Shown: positions 38,562 through 47,072 of the stretch, one piece after another
How positions within the stretch are numbered: the stretch's first letter is position 1
How the letters are laid out: each line of letters starts with the position of its first letter
NCBI GenBank assembly: GCA_040218735.1
Contig: JAVJQW010000012.1
Location: 192,001 to 256,000 of the forward strand
Direction: 5' to 3'
DNA: 64,000 nucleotides
DNA from: Deltaproteobacteria bacterium
GTDB lineage: Bacteria > Myxococcota > Kuafuiibacteriia > Kuafuiibacteriales > Kuafuiibacteriaceae
The notes under the pieces: model-generated
Told to the model about the DNA's origin: nothing
Databases searched by the model: none
Seen by the model: only the letters and a program-made list of their open reading frames with translations
Position numbers and translations under genes: made by a program

Positions 38562-38927
38562 TCAATCGCCTTCGAGCTTCTTGATCGCACGCTTCGGCGC
38601 GACCAGCTTGTAACCCTGCACCAAGAGCGACCGCAGCTCCCCGTAATCCGGCTTCACCAACCGATACGCCACCCACCCGCTCGGACCGACGTACTTCGGC
38701 CGGTAGAAGCGGTCGGGGTCGGCCGCGATCAACGCCTCCTGCGCCCCCTCTGGCGCCTTGATCCACATCGCAGGCACCCCGTCGTCGTACTGCCCGCCGT
38801 GAAACGTCGCAAACGTCTTCTTGCCGCCCCAGAACGTCGGCGCCCCGTGCGACAGCTTCTCGTGCGTCTCCGGGAACGACGCGATGATCTCGCGCACCTT
38901 CTCGAGCGGATCGATCTTCTTCGGCAT
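38562..38927 (-). CDS. MmcQ/YjbR family protein
   Basis: SHGAPTF, KKTFA, QEALIAADPDRFYRPKYVGPSGW. Confidence 0.85.
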   Translation of the reverse strand: MPKKIDPLEKVREIIASFPETHEKLSHGAPTFWGGKKTFATFHGGQYDDGVPAMWIKAPEGAQEALIAADPDRFYRPKYVGPSGWVAYRLVKPDYGELRSLLVQGYKLVAPKRAIKKLEGD

Positions 38928-38938
38928 CCGAGCCTCCC

Positions 38939-39628
38939 TCAGCGGTACTTGTAGATCGTGTAGAGGATCTTGTACCCCGCGCCGACCACGCCCCGCACCG
39001 TCCCCGCGACCTTCGACTTCCCGGCGATACGCGAGCGGTTGTGCACGTCGACCTCGCGCACCGGCACGCCCTGCTTCGCCGCCTTCACCTGCATCTCGAC
39101 CGTCCAGCCGTAGTTCTCGTCTTCCATCCCGAGCTGCTCCAGCGCCGCCCAGGACACCGCGCGGAACGGCCCCAGATCCGTGAACGTCGTCCCATACATA
39201 TGTCGCATCAGGAACGTGGCCAACGCATTCCCGAACCGCTGCGGCGCCGTGAGCGACCCGGCGTCCGCGAGCCTCCGCCGCGCCCCGATCGTCATCACAC
39301 ACACCCCGCTCTCGATCGGCTCGACCAAGGCCGGGAGCTCCGCCGCGACGTTCGACCCGTCGCCGTCCACGAACACCACGATGTCCGGCGGCCCGTCCGC
39401 GTGCCGGCGCAGGTAGTCGATGCCCGCGAGGCACGCCGCGCCGTAGCCGCGCTTCGGCGCCGCGACGACGTCCGCGCCCGCCTCGCGTGCGACCGCGGCC
39501 GTTCGATCCGTGCTCCCGTTGTCCGCGACGACCACCCGCTCGAGGCCCCCGACCTCCAGCAGCTCGCGCACCACGTGCCCGATCGCGCCCTCTTCGTCGA
39601 GCGCGGGGATGACGACGCTGACGCGCAT
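38939..39628 (-). CDS. Glycosyltransferase family 2 protein
   Basis: VVIPALDEE, ADNGSTDRT, RGYGAAC, FVDGDG, TDLGPFRA. Confidence 0.9.
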   Translation of the reverse strand: MRVSVVIPALDEEGAIGHVVRELLEVGGLERVVVADNGSTDRTAAVAREAGADVVAAPKRGYGAACLAGIDYLRRHADGPPDIVVFVDGDGSNVAAELPALVEPIESGVCVMTIGARRRLADAGSLTAPQRFGNALATFLMRHMYGTTFTDLGPFRAVSWAALEQLGMEDENYGWTVEMQVKAAKQGVPVREVDVHNRSRIAGKSKVAGTVRGVVGAGYKILYTIYKYR

Positions 39629-39930
39629 CAGTAGCCGCGCGGTAGATCGTCGATGTTCACCGTGTCCAGCGCGAACCGGATCAGCTGGGATTTGTTCGCG
39701 CGTCGGTGACCGCGGCGCTTGAGCTCTTCGACGAGCGCCTCGAGGCGTTCGATGTCCTCGGTGTACAGGCTGATCGAGACGACCTTGTAGTGCGTCGGCT
39801 TCTTCTTCGCTTCGGGCTTCGCCTTCGTCTTCTTCTTCGGCGCGTCGCGCTCCTCGCGGAAGAAGCTCTGGTCGAGCAGCTCGTCCGCGCTCAGCGGATC
39901 CTCACCGAGACCGCGGGGGCGGTCAGCCAT
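39628..39930 (-). CDS. Small protein with ribbon-helix-helix-like C-terminus
   Basis: YKVVSISLY strand then two helices ending NKSQLIRFAL; overlaps the ParA stop. Confidence 0.7.
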   Translation of the reverse strand: MADRPRGLGEDPLSADELLDQSFFREERDAPKKKTKAKPEAKKKPTHYKVVSISLYTEDIERLEALVEELKRRGHRRANKSQLIRFALDTVNIDDLPRGY

Positions 39931-40978
39931 GCGAAGCGACCTCCGCCACCTTCGGCGCCTCCACCGGCGCGCGACCGCCGACGAGGTGATCCACCACCGC
40001 CGTGTAGTCGCGCGCGCCGTGGCTGTCCGGCGCGTACTCGAAGATCGTCTTCTTGTGGCTCGGCGCTTCCTTCAGCCGCGCGTTCACCCGCACCGGCGGG
40101 AGTACCAACGCACCGAAGTGCCCGTTCAGCGCCTCCACGACCTGCCGCGAGATGCGGTTGCGGCTGTCGAAGAACGTGGGGAGCACCCCCGCGATCAACA
40201 CCGGGTGCAGCAGCGCGTTCTCCACGTGGTGCAGCGTGCGGAGGATCTGCTTCACGCCGACGAGCGCGAGGTAGTCACACGACACCGGCACCAGCACTTC
40301 ACTCGCCGCGTACAGCGCGTTCTGGTTGAGGATGGAGAGCGACGGCGCGCAGTCGAGGATGATGTCGTCGTACGCACCCATCACCGGGCGCAACGCTCGG
40401 CGCAGACGCTCCGCGCGATCCTTCGACTCCACCAACGACAGCTCCGCCACCGCGAGCGATTGATCCGAAGCGAGCAGGTCCAGATCGCGCCGCGCCGCGA
40501 CGATCGCCTCGCGCACCGGCCGGTCCTCGGCGAGCACGTGGTAGAGCGTGGTGTCCGAGCGAACGCCGAGCGAGATGCCGGAGTTCGCCTGCGCGTCGAG
40601 GTCGACCAACAACACCCGCCGCCCGCGACGCGCGAGCCCGGCCGCCACCGACACACTCGTCGTCGTCTTGCCGGTTCCGCCCTTCTGGTTGAGCACCGCG
40701 AGGACACGTGTCCGCTTCGTCGCGCGCTGCACTTCGGCGAGCGCGGCGGCGCGGCACAGCTCCGAGCAAACCAAGCGACGTTCGTCGCGCTTCGCGATCA
40801 CCTGGTAGGCGAACCGGACTTCGAAGGTGTTGCCGCAGTGGCTGCACGTCTTCGGCTTCGACGCCTCGAGCTCGGGCGTGCGGCATGCGAGCGAGCAGAA
40901 GAACCGATCCTGGTCGCGCTGGTAGGAGAAGCGCGGGGTGAACTGCGTATCGCAGACGCTGCAGCGAACCCGAGCCAC
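39923..40978 (-). CDS. ParA/Soj family ATPase with two N-terminal TRASH/MYM-like zinc-binding repeats
   Basis: CSVC..FCSLAC, CSHC..VCSELC; NQKGGTGKTT, VDLDAQAN, LDCAPSL, EAPSH. Confidence 0.88.
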   Translation of the reverse strand: MARVRCSVCDTQFTPRFSYQRDQDRFFCSLACRTPELEASKPKTCSHCGNTFEVRFAYQVIAKRDERRLVCSELCRAAALAEVQRATKRTRVLAVLNQKGGTGKTTTSVSVAAGLARRGRRVLLVDLDAQANSGISLGVRSDTTLYHVLAEDRPVREAIVAARRDLDLLASDQSLAVAELSLVESKDRAERLRRALRPVMGAYDDIILDCAPSLSILNQNALYAASEVLVPVSCDYLALVGVKQILRTLHHVENALLHPVLIAGVLPTFFDSRNRISRQVVEALNGHFGALVLPPVRVNARLKEAPSHKKTIFEYAPDSHGARDYTAVVDHLVGGRAPVEAPKVAEVASHG

Positions 40979-41110
40979 CGCGATGAACGTAGCACGGCGA
41001 TCGATCGAGTCAACCCATCGAAAACGTTGGTGATCCAGCGCAGCGAAAAGCCGGATCAGATCGCGACGTTGCGCCCTTTTGAGGCCCGATGTGTTACCGC
41101 CAGCGCGACC

Positions 41111-42316
41111 ATGATCGCACCTCTGTCCGGCGTGAAGATCCTCGATCTGTCACGCGTGCTCTCCGGCCCGTTCGCCACCCAGCAGCTCATCGATCTCGGC
41201 GCCGAGGTCATCAAGATCGAGCACCCCAAACAGGGCGACGACACCCGACGCTTCGGACCGCCGTTCGTGAACGGCGAGTCGACGTACTTCATGAGCATCA
41301 ACCGCGGGAAACGGAGCGTCGCCGTCGACCTCAAGAGCGAAGCCGGTCAGCAGCTCGTCCTCGATCTCGCGATGTCCTGCGACGTCGTCATCGAGAACTT
41401 CCGCCCCGGCACCGCAGCGCGCCTCGGCCTCGGCGCCGAGACGCTGCGCGAGAAGAAACCGTCGATCATCACCTGCTCGATCAGCGGCTACGGCACCCGC
41501 GGCGATCCCGACTACGAAGGCCTGCCCGGCTACGACGCCGTGTTGCAGGCGGTCACCGGCCTCATGGCGCTCACCGGCGAACCGGAGGGTGGGCCTACGA
41601 AGGTCGGCGTCGCGATCTCCGACATGGTCGCGGGGCTGTACGCCGCGCAGGGCATCCTCGCCGCGCTCTTCGAACGCGCGACGACCGGCGTGGGACGGCA
41701 CGTCGAGATCTCGATGCAGGACGCGATCGCCTCGCTGCTCACGTACCAGGCCGGCATCTACTTCGCGACGAACGAGAACCCGGCGCGCATGGGCAACGCA
41801 CACCCGTCGATCTGCCCGTACGAAACGGTGCAGACGAAGGACGGCCGCTACGCGCTCGCGATCGGCAACGACGCGCAGTTCGAACGCCTCGCCGCGTTGA
41901 TGGGGCGCGCCGAGCTCGCGCAGGACGAACGCTTCACGACCAACCGCGCCCGCGTCGAGAACCGCGAAGCGCTCATGGCGATCCTCGACCCGATCTTCTT
42001 GGAGCGGACGCGAGGCGAGTGGGACGAAGCCCTCCGCGAAAAGGCCCTCCCCGGCGGCCCCGTCCTGGAGGTGAGCCAGGCGCTCGAGCACCCGCAGCTC
42101 GCGGCGCGCGGTTCCATTCTGGAACACGAGCACCCCACCGCCGGGAACGTCCGAACCGTGGCCAGCGCGCCCCGATTCGACCACGCGAAGCCGATCGGGG
42201 TCGGCCCGCCGCCCCGGCTCGGCGAACATACCCGGAGTGTGTTGAGCGACGTCCTAGGGAAGTCCGCAGCGGAGATCGAAGAACTCACGGCCGCCGGCAT
42301 CATTTTCGGCGGTTGA
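41111..42316 (+). CDS. CaiB/BaiF CoA-transferase family III
   Basis: PLSGVKILDLSRVLSGP, GAEVIKIE, NRGKRS, ENFRPG, PPRLGEHT. Confidence 0.92.
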   Translation: MIAPLSGVKILDLSRVLSGPFATQQLIDLGAEVIKIEHPKQGDDTRRFGPPFVNGESTYFMSINRGKRSVAVDLKSEAGQQLVLDLAMSCDVVIENFRPGTAARLGLGAETLREKKPSIITCSISGYGTRGDPDYEGLPGYDAVLQAVTGLMALTGEPEGGPTKVGVAISDMVAGLYAAQGILAALFERATTGVGRHVEISMQDAIASLLTYQAGIYFATNENPARMGNAHPSICPYETVQTKDGRYALAIGNDAQFERLAALMGRAELAQDERFTTNRARVENREALMAILDPIFLERTRGEWDEALREKALPGGPVLEVSQALEHPQLAARGSILEHEHPTAGNVRTVASAPRFDHAKPIGVGPPPRLGEHTRSVLSDVLGKSAAEIEELTAAGIIFGG

Positions 42317-42329
42317 GCGTTCGACCCCC

Positions 42330-43541
42330 GTGTCCCGCTCCGCCCCACGCCTCGGTACGGTCGAGCTGATCGCGATGATCGCCGCGTTGATGTCCCTCAA
42401 CGCGCTGGCGATCGACGTGATGCTCCCGGCCCTCCCGGCGATGGGGAACGCGCTGGGCGTCTCCACCGAAAACGATCGCCAGCTCGTCATCGTGGCGTTC
42501 GTACTAGGTATGGGCACCGGACAGCTCTTCTTCGGCCCGCTCTCCGACGCGTTCGGCCGCAAGTCCGTCCTCGTGATCTCACTCGCGGGTTACGCGGTCT
42601 TCGGCGCGGCGTGTGCGTTCCCGGGGAGCTTCACGCAGCTCATCGCGTTCCGCGCACTTCAGGGGCTCTTCGCCGCCGGCGCGCGCGTGACGGCGCTGTC
42701 GGTCGTCCGCGACAAGGCGGCCGGCCCGAAGATGGCGCGCATCATGTCGTTCGTGATGGCGGTGTTCATGATCGTGCCGATCATCGCGCCGAGCCTCGGC
42801 TACGTGATCCTCAAGGGCTTCTCGTGGCGCGCGATCTTCTGGGCGCTCGTGCTGTTCGGCGTGTCGCTGTGTGTGTGGCTGCTGCTCCGCCTCCCGGAGA
42901 CGCTCCCCGAGGACCAGCGCCGCTCGATCCGCCCCAAGGCGATCCTGCGCGGCTACGTCGAGGTCGTGCGTCACCCGATCACCCGTTCGTACACCCTCGC
43001 GACCGGGCTCGTGTTCGGCGCGCTCTTCGCGTTCATCAGCAGCTCCGAGCAGATCTTCCGCTCCTTCGATCGCGTGGAGACCTTCCCGCTCTTCTTCGCG
43101 GGCGTCGCCAGCACGATGGCGATGGCGTCGGTGTTCAACGCCCGCTTCGTCGAACGCATCGGGACGCGGCGCCTCTCCCACGCGGCGCTCGGTACGTTCG
43201 TCGTGGTCCAGATCGTCTACGGCGGGCTCTACTTCTCCGGGTTCGAAGGGTTCTGGCCCTACTACCTCTGCACGGGCGCGAGCTTCTTCACGTTCAGCAT
43301 GATGGGCGCCAACTTCAACGCGATGGCGATGGAGCCCCTCGGGCACGTGGCGGGCACGGCCTCCGCGGCGCTGGGGTTCACGTCCACGACGATCTCCGGC
43401 GTGCTCGGCGGGCTCATCGCGGCGCGCTTCGACGGCACCCCGCTCCCGATCGTGTTGGGTTTCGGCGTCCTGGGCGTCGCGGCGATGTTGATCGTCACCT
43501 TCGGGCCCGGGCGACCGGCGATGGCCACCGTTACCAGTTGA
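42330..43541 (+). CDS. Bcr/CflA family MFS efflux transporter
   Basis: AIDVMLPALP, GPLSDAFGRK, PIIAPSLG, LPETL; multiple TM segments. Confidence 0.9.
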   Translation: MSRSAPRLGTVELIAMIAALMSLNALAIDVMLPALPAMGNALGVSTENDRQLVIVAFVLGMGTGQLFFGPLSDAFGRKSVLVISLAGYAVFGAACAFPGSFTQLIAFRALQGLFAAGARVTALSVVRDKAAGPKMARIMSFVMAVFMIVPIIAPSLGYVILKGFSWRAIFWALVLFGVSLCVWLLLRLPETLPEDQRRSIRPKAILRGYVEVVRHPITRSYTLATGLVFGALFAFISSSEQIFRSFDRVETFPLFFAGVASTMAMASVFNARFVERIGTRRLSHAALGTFVVVQIVYGGLYFSGFEGFWPYYLCTGASFFTFSMMGANFNAMAMEPLGHVAGTASAALGFTSTTISGVLGGLIAARFDGTPLPIVLGFGVLGVAAMLIVTFGPGRPAMATVTS

Positions 43542-43744
43542 CGCCGCCGCGCCGCTCTGTCAGTGGAGTGCTACGGCGATTGCTTCCTGCCGTCGGCGCG
43601 CGCCCACTGGCTCGCCGCCTACTTCAGAAGGCTCAGTTCTCCGAAGCGGCACCGATGCCGCCACGCCCGGTCGAGCGGTACGGCGACCGAGCCTTGACGT
43701 GCCCCCCGCGGGCGCACGGACCACTTGGAAAGAGGATCGATCAA

Positions 43745-44038
43745 ATGGAAAACAACAAGCTCTACGTCGGCAACATGTCGTGGAACACCGATGAAAACGG
43801 CCTTCGCGCCGCCTTCGAGGCCTTCGGGTCGGTCCAGGAGGTCGCGATCATCACGGACCGTGACACCGGCCGCCCGCGCGGGTTCGGGTTCGTCACCATG
43901 AGCTCCGACGCCGAGGCCAGCGAGGCCGTCAGCGGCATGGACGGGCAGCAGCTCGACGGACGTGCCCTTCGTGTGAACATTGCCGAATCCCGCCGCGGCG
44001 GCGGCGGCGGTGGTCGACGCGACCGCGAGCGCTGGTAG
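43745..44038 (+). CDS. RRM RNA-binding protein
   Basis: RNP2 KLYVGNM, RNP1 RGFGFV, Gly/Arg tail. Confidence 0.95.
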   Translation: MENNKLYVGNMSWNTDENGLRAAFEAFGSVQEVAIITDRDTGRPRGFGFVTMSSDAEASEAVSGMDGQQLDGRALRVNIAESRRGGGGGGRRDRERW

Positions 44039-45191
44039 ACTCACCACCGGGCGGCCCACCATCAGTTCTCGAACGACACCGGTAGGTCGCCCGCGCTTCG
44101 CGCCGCGCTCTGCATTCCACCGGCAGCTCTTGCGCCGGGCCGACGAATATTTCGAAACGAATGCACTCAGCCGAGACGGCGGGCTTCGGCTCGCCGTCAA
44201 GGCGTTTGTCTTCCTCGGCTGGACGACGACCGCCTACCTGCTCCTCCTGTTGTGGAGCGAGCACTGGTGGACGACCGTCCCCCTCGCCATCTCCCTCGGC
44301 CTCGCGATGGCCGGCATCGGCTTCTCGGTGATGCACGACGCCAACCACGGCGCGTTCTCCACCTCGCGAACGCTGAACGGGATGATGCGCGCGACGCTCG
44401 ACGTGATCGGCGGCAGCTCCTACATCTGGCGCTTCAAACACAACGTCCTGCACCACACCTACGCCAACATCGACGGCGTCGACGACGACCTCGACGCGGG
44501 CGGTGTCCTCCGCCTCGCGCCCACGCAGCCGCGCCGCTGGTTCCACCGCGCGCAGCACCTCTACGAGCTCCCCGTCCTCGGGCTCCTCGCCGCGAAGTGG
44601 CACCTGCTCGACGACTGGATGTTCCTCGTGCGCGCGCGCATCGGCGAGACGCGCTTCCCGCGCCCGCGCGGTGCGGACCTCGCGCTGCTCCTCGCGGGGA
44701 AGGTCGTCTTCTTCACGTGGGCCGTCGCGATCCCGGTGTGGATGCACGGCCCGAAGCTCACGTTCCTCGTAGGCGCGATAACCTCCGTCGTCCTCGGGAT
44801 GACGCTCGGCATCGTGTTCCAGCTCGCGCACGTGTGCGGCGACGTGCTGCTCCTCGCTCCGCCCTCGGAGCGCGAGCGCTACCCCCTCGCGTGGGCGGAG
44901 CACCAGGTCGCGACGACCGTCGACTTCGCGACCGGTCACCGTGCCCTGTCCTGGTACGTCGGCGGTCTCAACTTCCAGGTCGAACATCACCTGTTCCCGA
45001 ACGTCAGCCACGTGCACTACCCCGCGCTCGCGCGGATCGTGCGTGAGACGTGCGCCGAGTTCTCGGTGCCGCTGCTCGAGCACGCCACGCTGAAGGATGC
45101 GCTCGCGGCGCACTTTCGACACGTCGCGGCGCTGGGCCGCCCGCGCGCGGGGCCCCCGGAGCCGGTCCCGGTTGGCGCGAGCCCCCGATGA
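44010..45191 (+). CDS. Membrane fatty acid desaturase (start uncertain)
   Basis: His boxes HDANH, HNVLHH, QVEHHLFP. Confidence 0.85.
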   Translation: MVDATASAGRLTTGRPTISSRTTPVGRPRFAPRSAFHRQLLRRADEYFETNALSRDGGLRLAVKAFVFLGWTTTAYLLLLLWSEHWWTTVPLAISLGLAMAGIGFSVMHDANHGAFSTSRTLNGMMRATLDVIGGSSYIWRFKHNVLHHTYANIDGVDDDLDAGGVLRLAPTQPRRWFHRAQHLYELPVLGLLAAKWHLLDDWMFLVRARIGETRFPRPRGADLALLLAGKVVFFTWAVAIPVWMHGPKLTFLVGAITSVVLGMTLGIVFQLAHVCGDVLLLAPPSERERYPLAWAEHQVATTVDFATGHRALSWYVGGLNFQVEHHLFPNVSHVHYPALARIVRETCAEFSVPLLEHATLKDALAAHFRHVAALGRPRAGPPEPVPVGASPR

Positions 45192-45208
45192 TGATGTAAC
45201 GCGGGTCG

Positions 45209-46024
45209 ATGGATCGGCCCTTCAACGAAGCGCTCCTCGAGCACCTCGGGTCGCGTTACCGCCTCGGCGATCGCACGGACGACGGGGTGGAGCTCAGGTA
45301 TCGGTTCGGCAAGGCGGAGTTTCGGCCGTCGCGGATCGTGATCGTCGAAGCGGGCGACCAGCGTGCGCTCGACCTTCGGATCGACGTGCGAGTCCCGGAG
45401 GGCCACGCCCTCGAAGAGGCCGACGCCCTCGTCGAGACGCTCGAGGAGAAGTCACTCACGCCGCGTGGGTTCGAACGCACGAGCAACGACGTGCAGGCGA
45501 TGACTTCGGAGTCCGGCAAGGCCGCGGGTCACGTGCGGACGATGACCTACCGCGCCCAGGCGACGACGCCCAAGGAGACCGGCGATCGCATCCGCGCAAT
45601 CGTCGAGACGCTCGACATCCCGATCGTCGTCGGCATCCACGAGCCGGGTGACGTCGTCGCGAAGAAGCCGCTGCCTCCGCCCAAGAAGAAGGGCGCGAGC
45701 ATGCCGCACGACCCGATGGAGGTGTGGACGTACACCCTCGCGGGCGGCGTCATGCGATCGCTGAACGTGGTGATCGATCCGAACGTGCGAACGCTGGAGG
45801 TCGTCGAGCGGAAGCTGCTGTCGAAGAAGCAGCTCGGCGAGACGCTGAAGCTCGCGCACGTCGCGAAGTTCCTCGTCGCGGATGACGGCAACGAAGTGAA
45901 GCTCTACGCGGAGAAGCGCGAGGGCGATCGTGTGTTGCTCGCGGAGGGGCTCTCGGACGCCGAGTTCACCGCGACCGCGAAGCGGATGGCCGACAAGGTC
46001 TTCATCACGATCGAAGCAGTCTGA
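45209..46024 (+). CDS. Hypothetical protein
   Basis: Operon-like spacing, typical codon usage, no motif recognised. Confidence 0.7.
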   Translation: MDRPFNEALLEHLGSRYRLGDRTDDGVELRYRFGKAEFRPSRIVIVEAGDQRALDLRIDVRVPEGHALEEADALVETLEEKSLTPRGFERTSNDVQAMTSESGKAAGHVRTMTYRAQATTPKETGDRIRAIVETLDIPIVVGIHEPGDVVAKKPLPPPKKKGASMPHDPMEVWTYTLAGGVMRSLNVVIDPNVRTLEVVERKLLSKKQLGETLKLAHVAKFLVADDGNEVKLYAEKREGDRVLLAEGLSDAEFTATAKRMADKVFITIEAV

Positions 46025-46037
46025 AAGGAGACAGCAC

Positions 46038-47063
46038 ATGGAGTATCGCAACCTGGGCCGCTCGGGCCTGAAGGTGTCGTCGTTGTGCCTCGGCACGATG
46101 ACGTTCGGTGAGGCGAACGAAAACTCGTTCATGCACGAGGTGGGATGCACGAAGGAGGAGTCGTTCGAGATCATGAACCGCGCGCTCGACGCGGGGATCA
46201 ACTTCTTCGACACCGCCGACGTCTACGGACAGGACGGCCTGACGGAGCGGGTGATCGGCGAGTGGTTCGAGAAGGACAAACGCCGCGACGACGTCGTGCT
46301 CGCGACGAAGTTCCGCTTCCGCATGGGTCAGGACGCCAACGGCACGGGTGCGTCGCGCTACCGGATCCGCAAGACGGTGGAGGACTCGCTCCGGCGCCTG
46401 AAGACGGATCGCATCGACCTGTACCAAATCCACATGCAGGACATCGACACGCCGGAAGACGAGACGCTGCGTGCGCTCGACGACCTCGTGCGCCAGGGCA
46501 AGGTGCTCTACATCGGCGCGAGCAACTACGCGGCGTATCGTCTGGTCGACGCGATGTGGACCAGCGAGCGCGACCGCCTCGAGCGGTTCGTCTCGCTGCA
46601 GGCGCAGTACTCACTCATCGTGCGTGAGTTGGAGCGCGAGCACGTCCCGGCGTGTGCGAAGCACGGCCTGTCGATCATCCCGTGGTCCCCGCTCGCGGGT
46701 GGGTTCCTCACCGGCAAGTACCAGAAGGACGCCAAGCCCCCGGAGGGATCGCGGCTCGACAAGTGGAAGGACCGCTACGCGCGCTTCGACAGCCCGCGCA
46801 ACTGGCGCGTGATGGACGCCGTCAACGCCGTCGCGAAGGAGACCGGCGCGTCCGCGGCGCAGGTGTCGCTGGCGTGGCTGCTTCGAAAGCCGACGGTCGC
46901 GTCGGTGATCTTCGGCGCGCGCTCCGTCGCGCAGCTCGACGACAACCTGAAGGCCGCGGCATTGGAGTTGGCGGACGGGATGGTGAAGCAGCTCGACGAC
47001 GCGAGCGCGCTCGAGCTCGGCTACCCGTACGACTTCATGAACAACATCCAGAAGCGCTGGTGA
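46038..47063 (+). CDS. Aldo/keto reductase
   Basis: SD AAAGGAG; LGRSGLKVSSLCLGTM, DTADVY, IDLYQIH, PWSPLAGG. Confidence 0.93.
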   Translation: MEYRNLGRSGLKVSSLCLGTMTFGEANENSFMHEVGCTKEESFEIMNRALDAGINFFDTADVYGQDGLTERVIGEWFEKDKRRDDVVLATKFRFRMGQDANGTGASRYRIRKTVEDSLRRLKTDRIDLYQIHMQDIDTPEDETLRALDDLVRQGKVLYIGASNYAAYRLVDAMWTSERDRLERFVSLQAQYSLIVRELEREHVPACAKHGLSIIPWSPLAGGFLTGKYQKDAKPPEGSRLDKWKDRYARFDSPRNWRVMDAVNAVAKETGASAAQVSLAWLLRKPTVASVIFGARSVAQLDDNLKAAALELADGMVKQLDDASALELGYPYDFMNNIQKRW

Positions 47064-47072
47064 CCCGGAAGC

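Noticed and set aside
40979-41110. Centromere/parS-like repeats upstream of the ParA gene
   Set aside because: No iterated or palindromic motif visible
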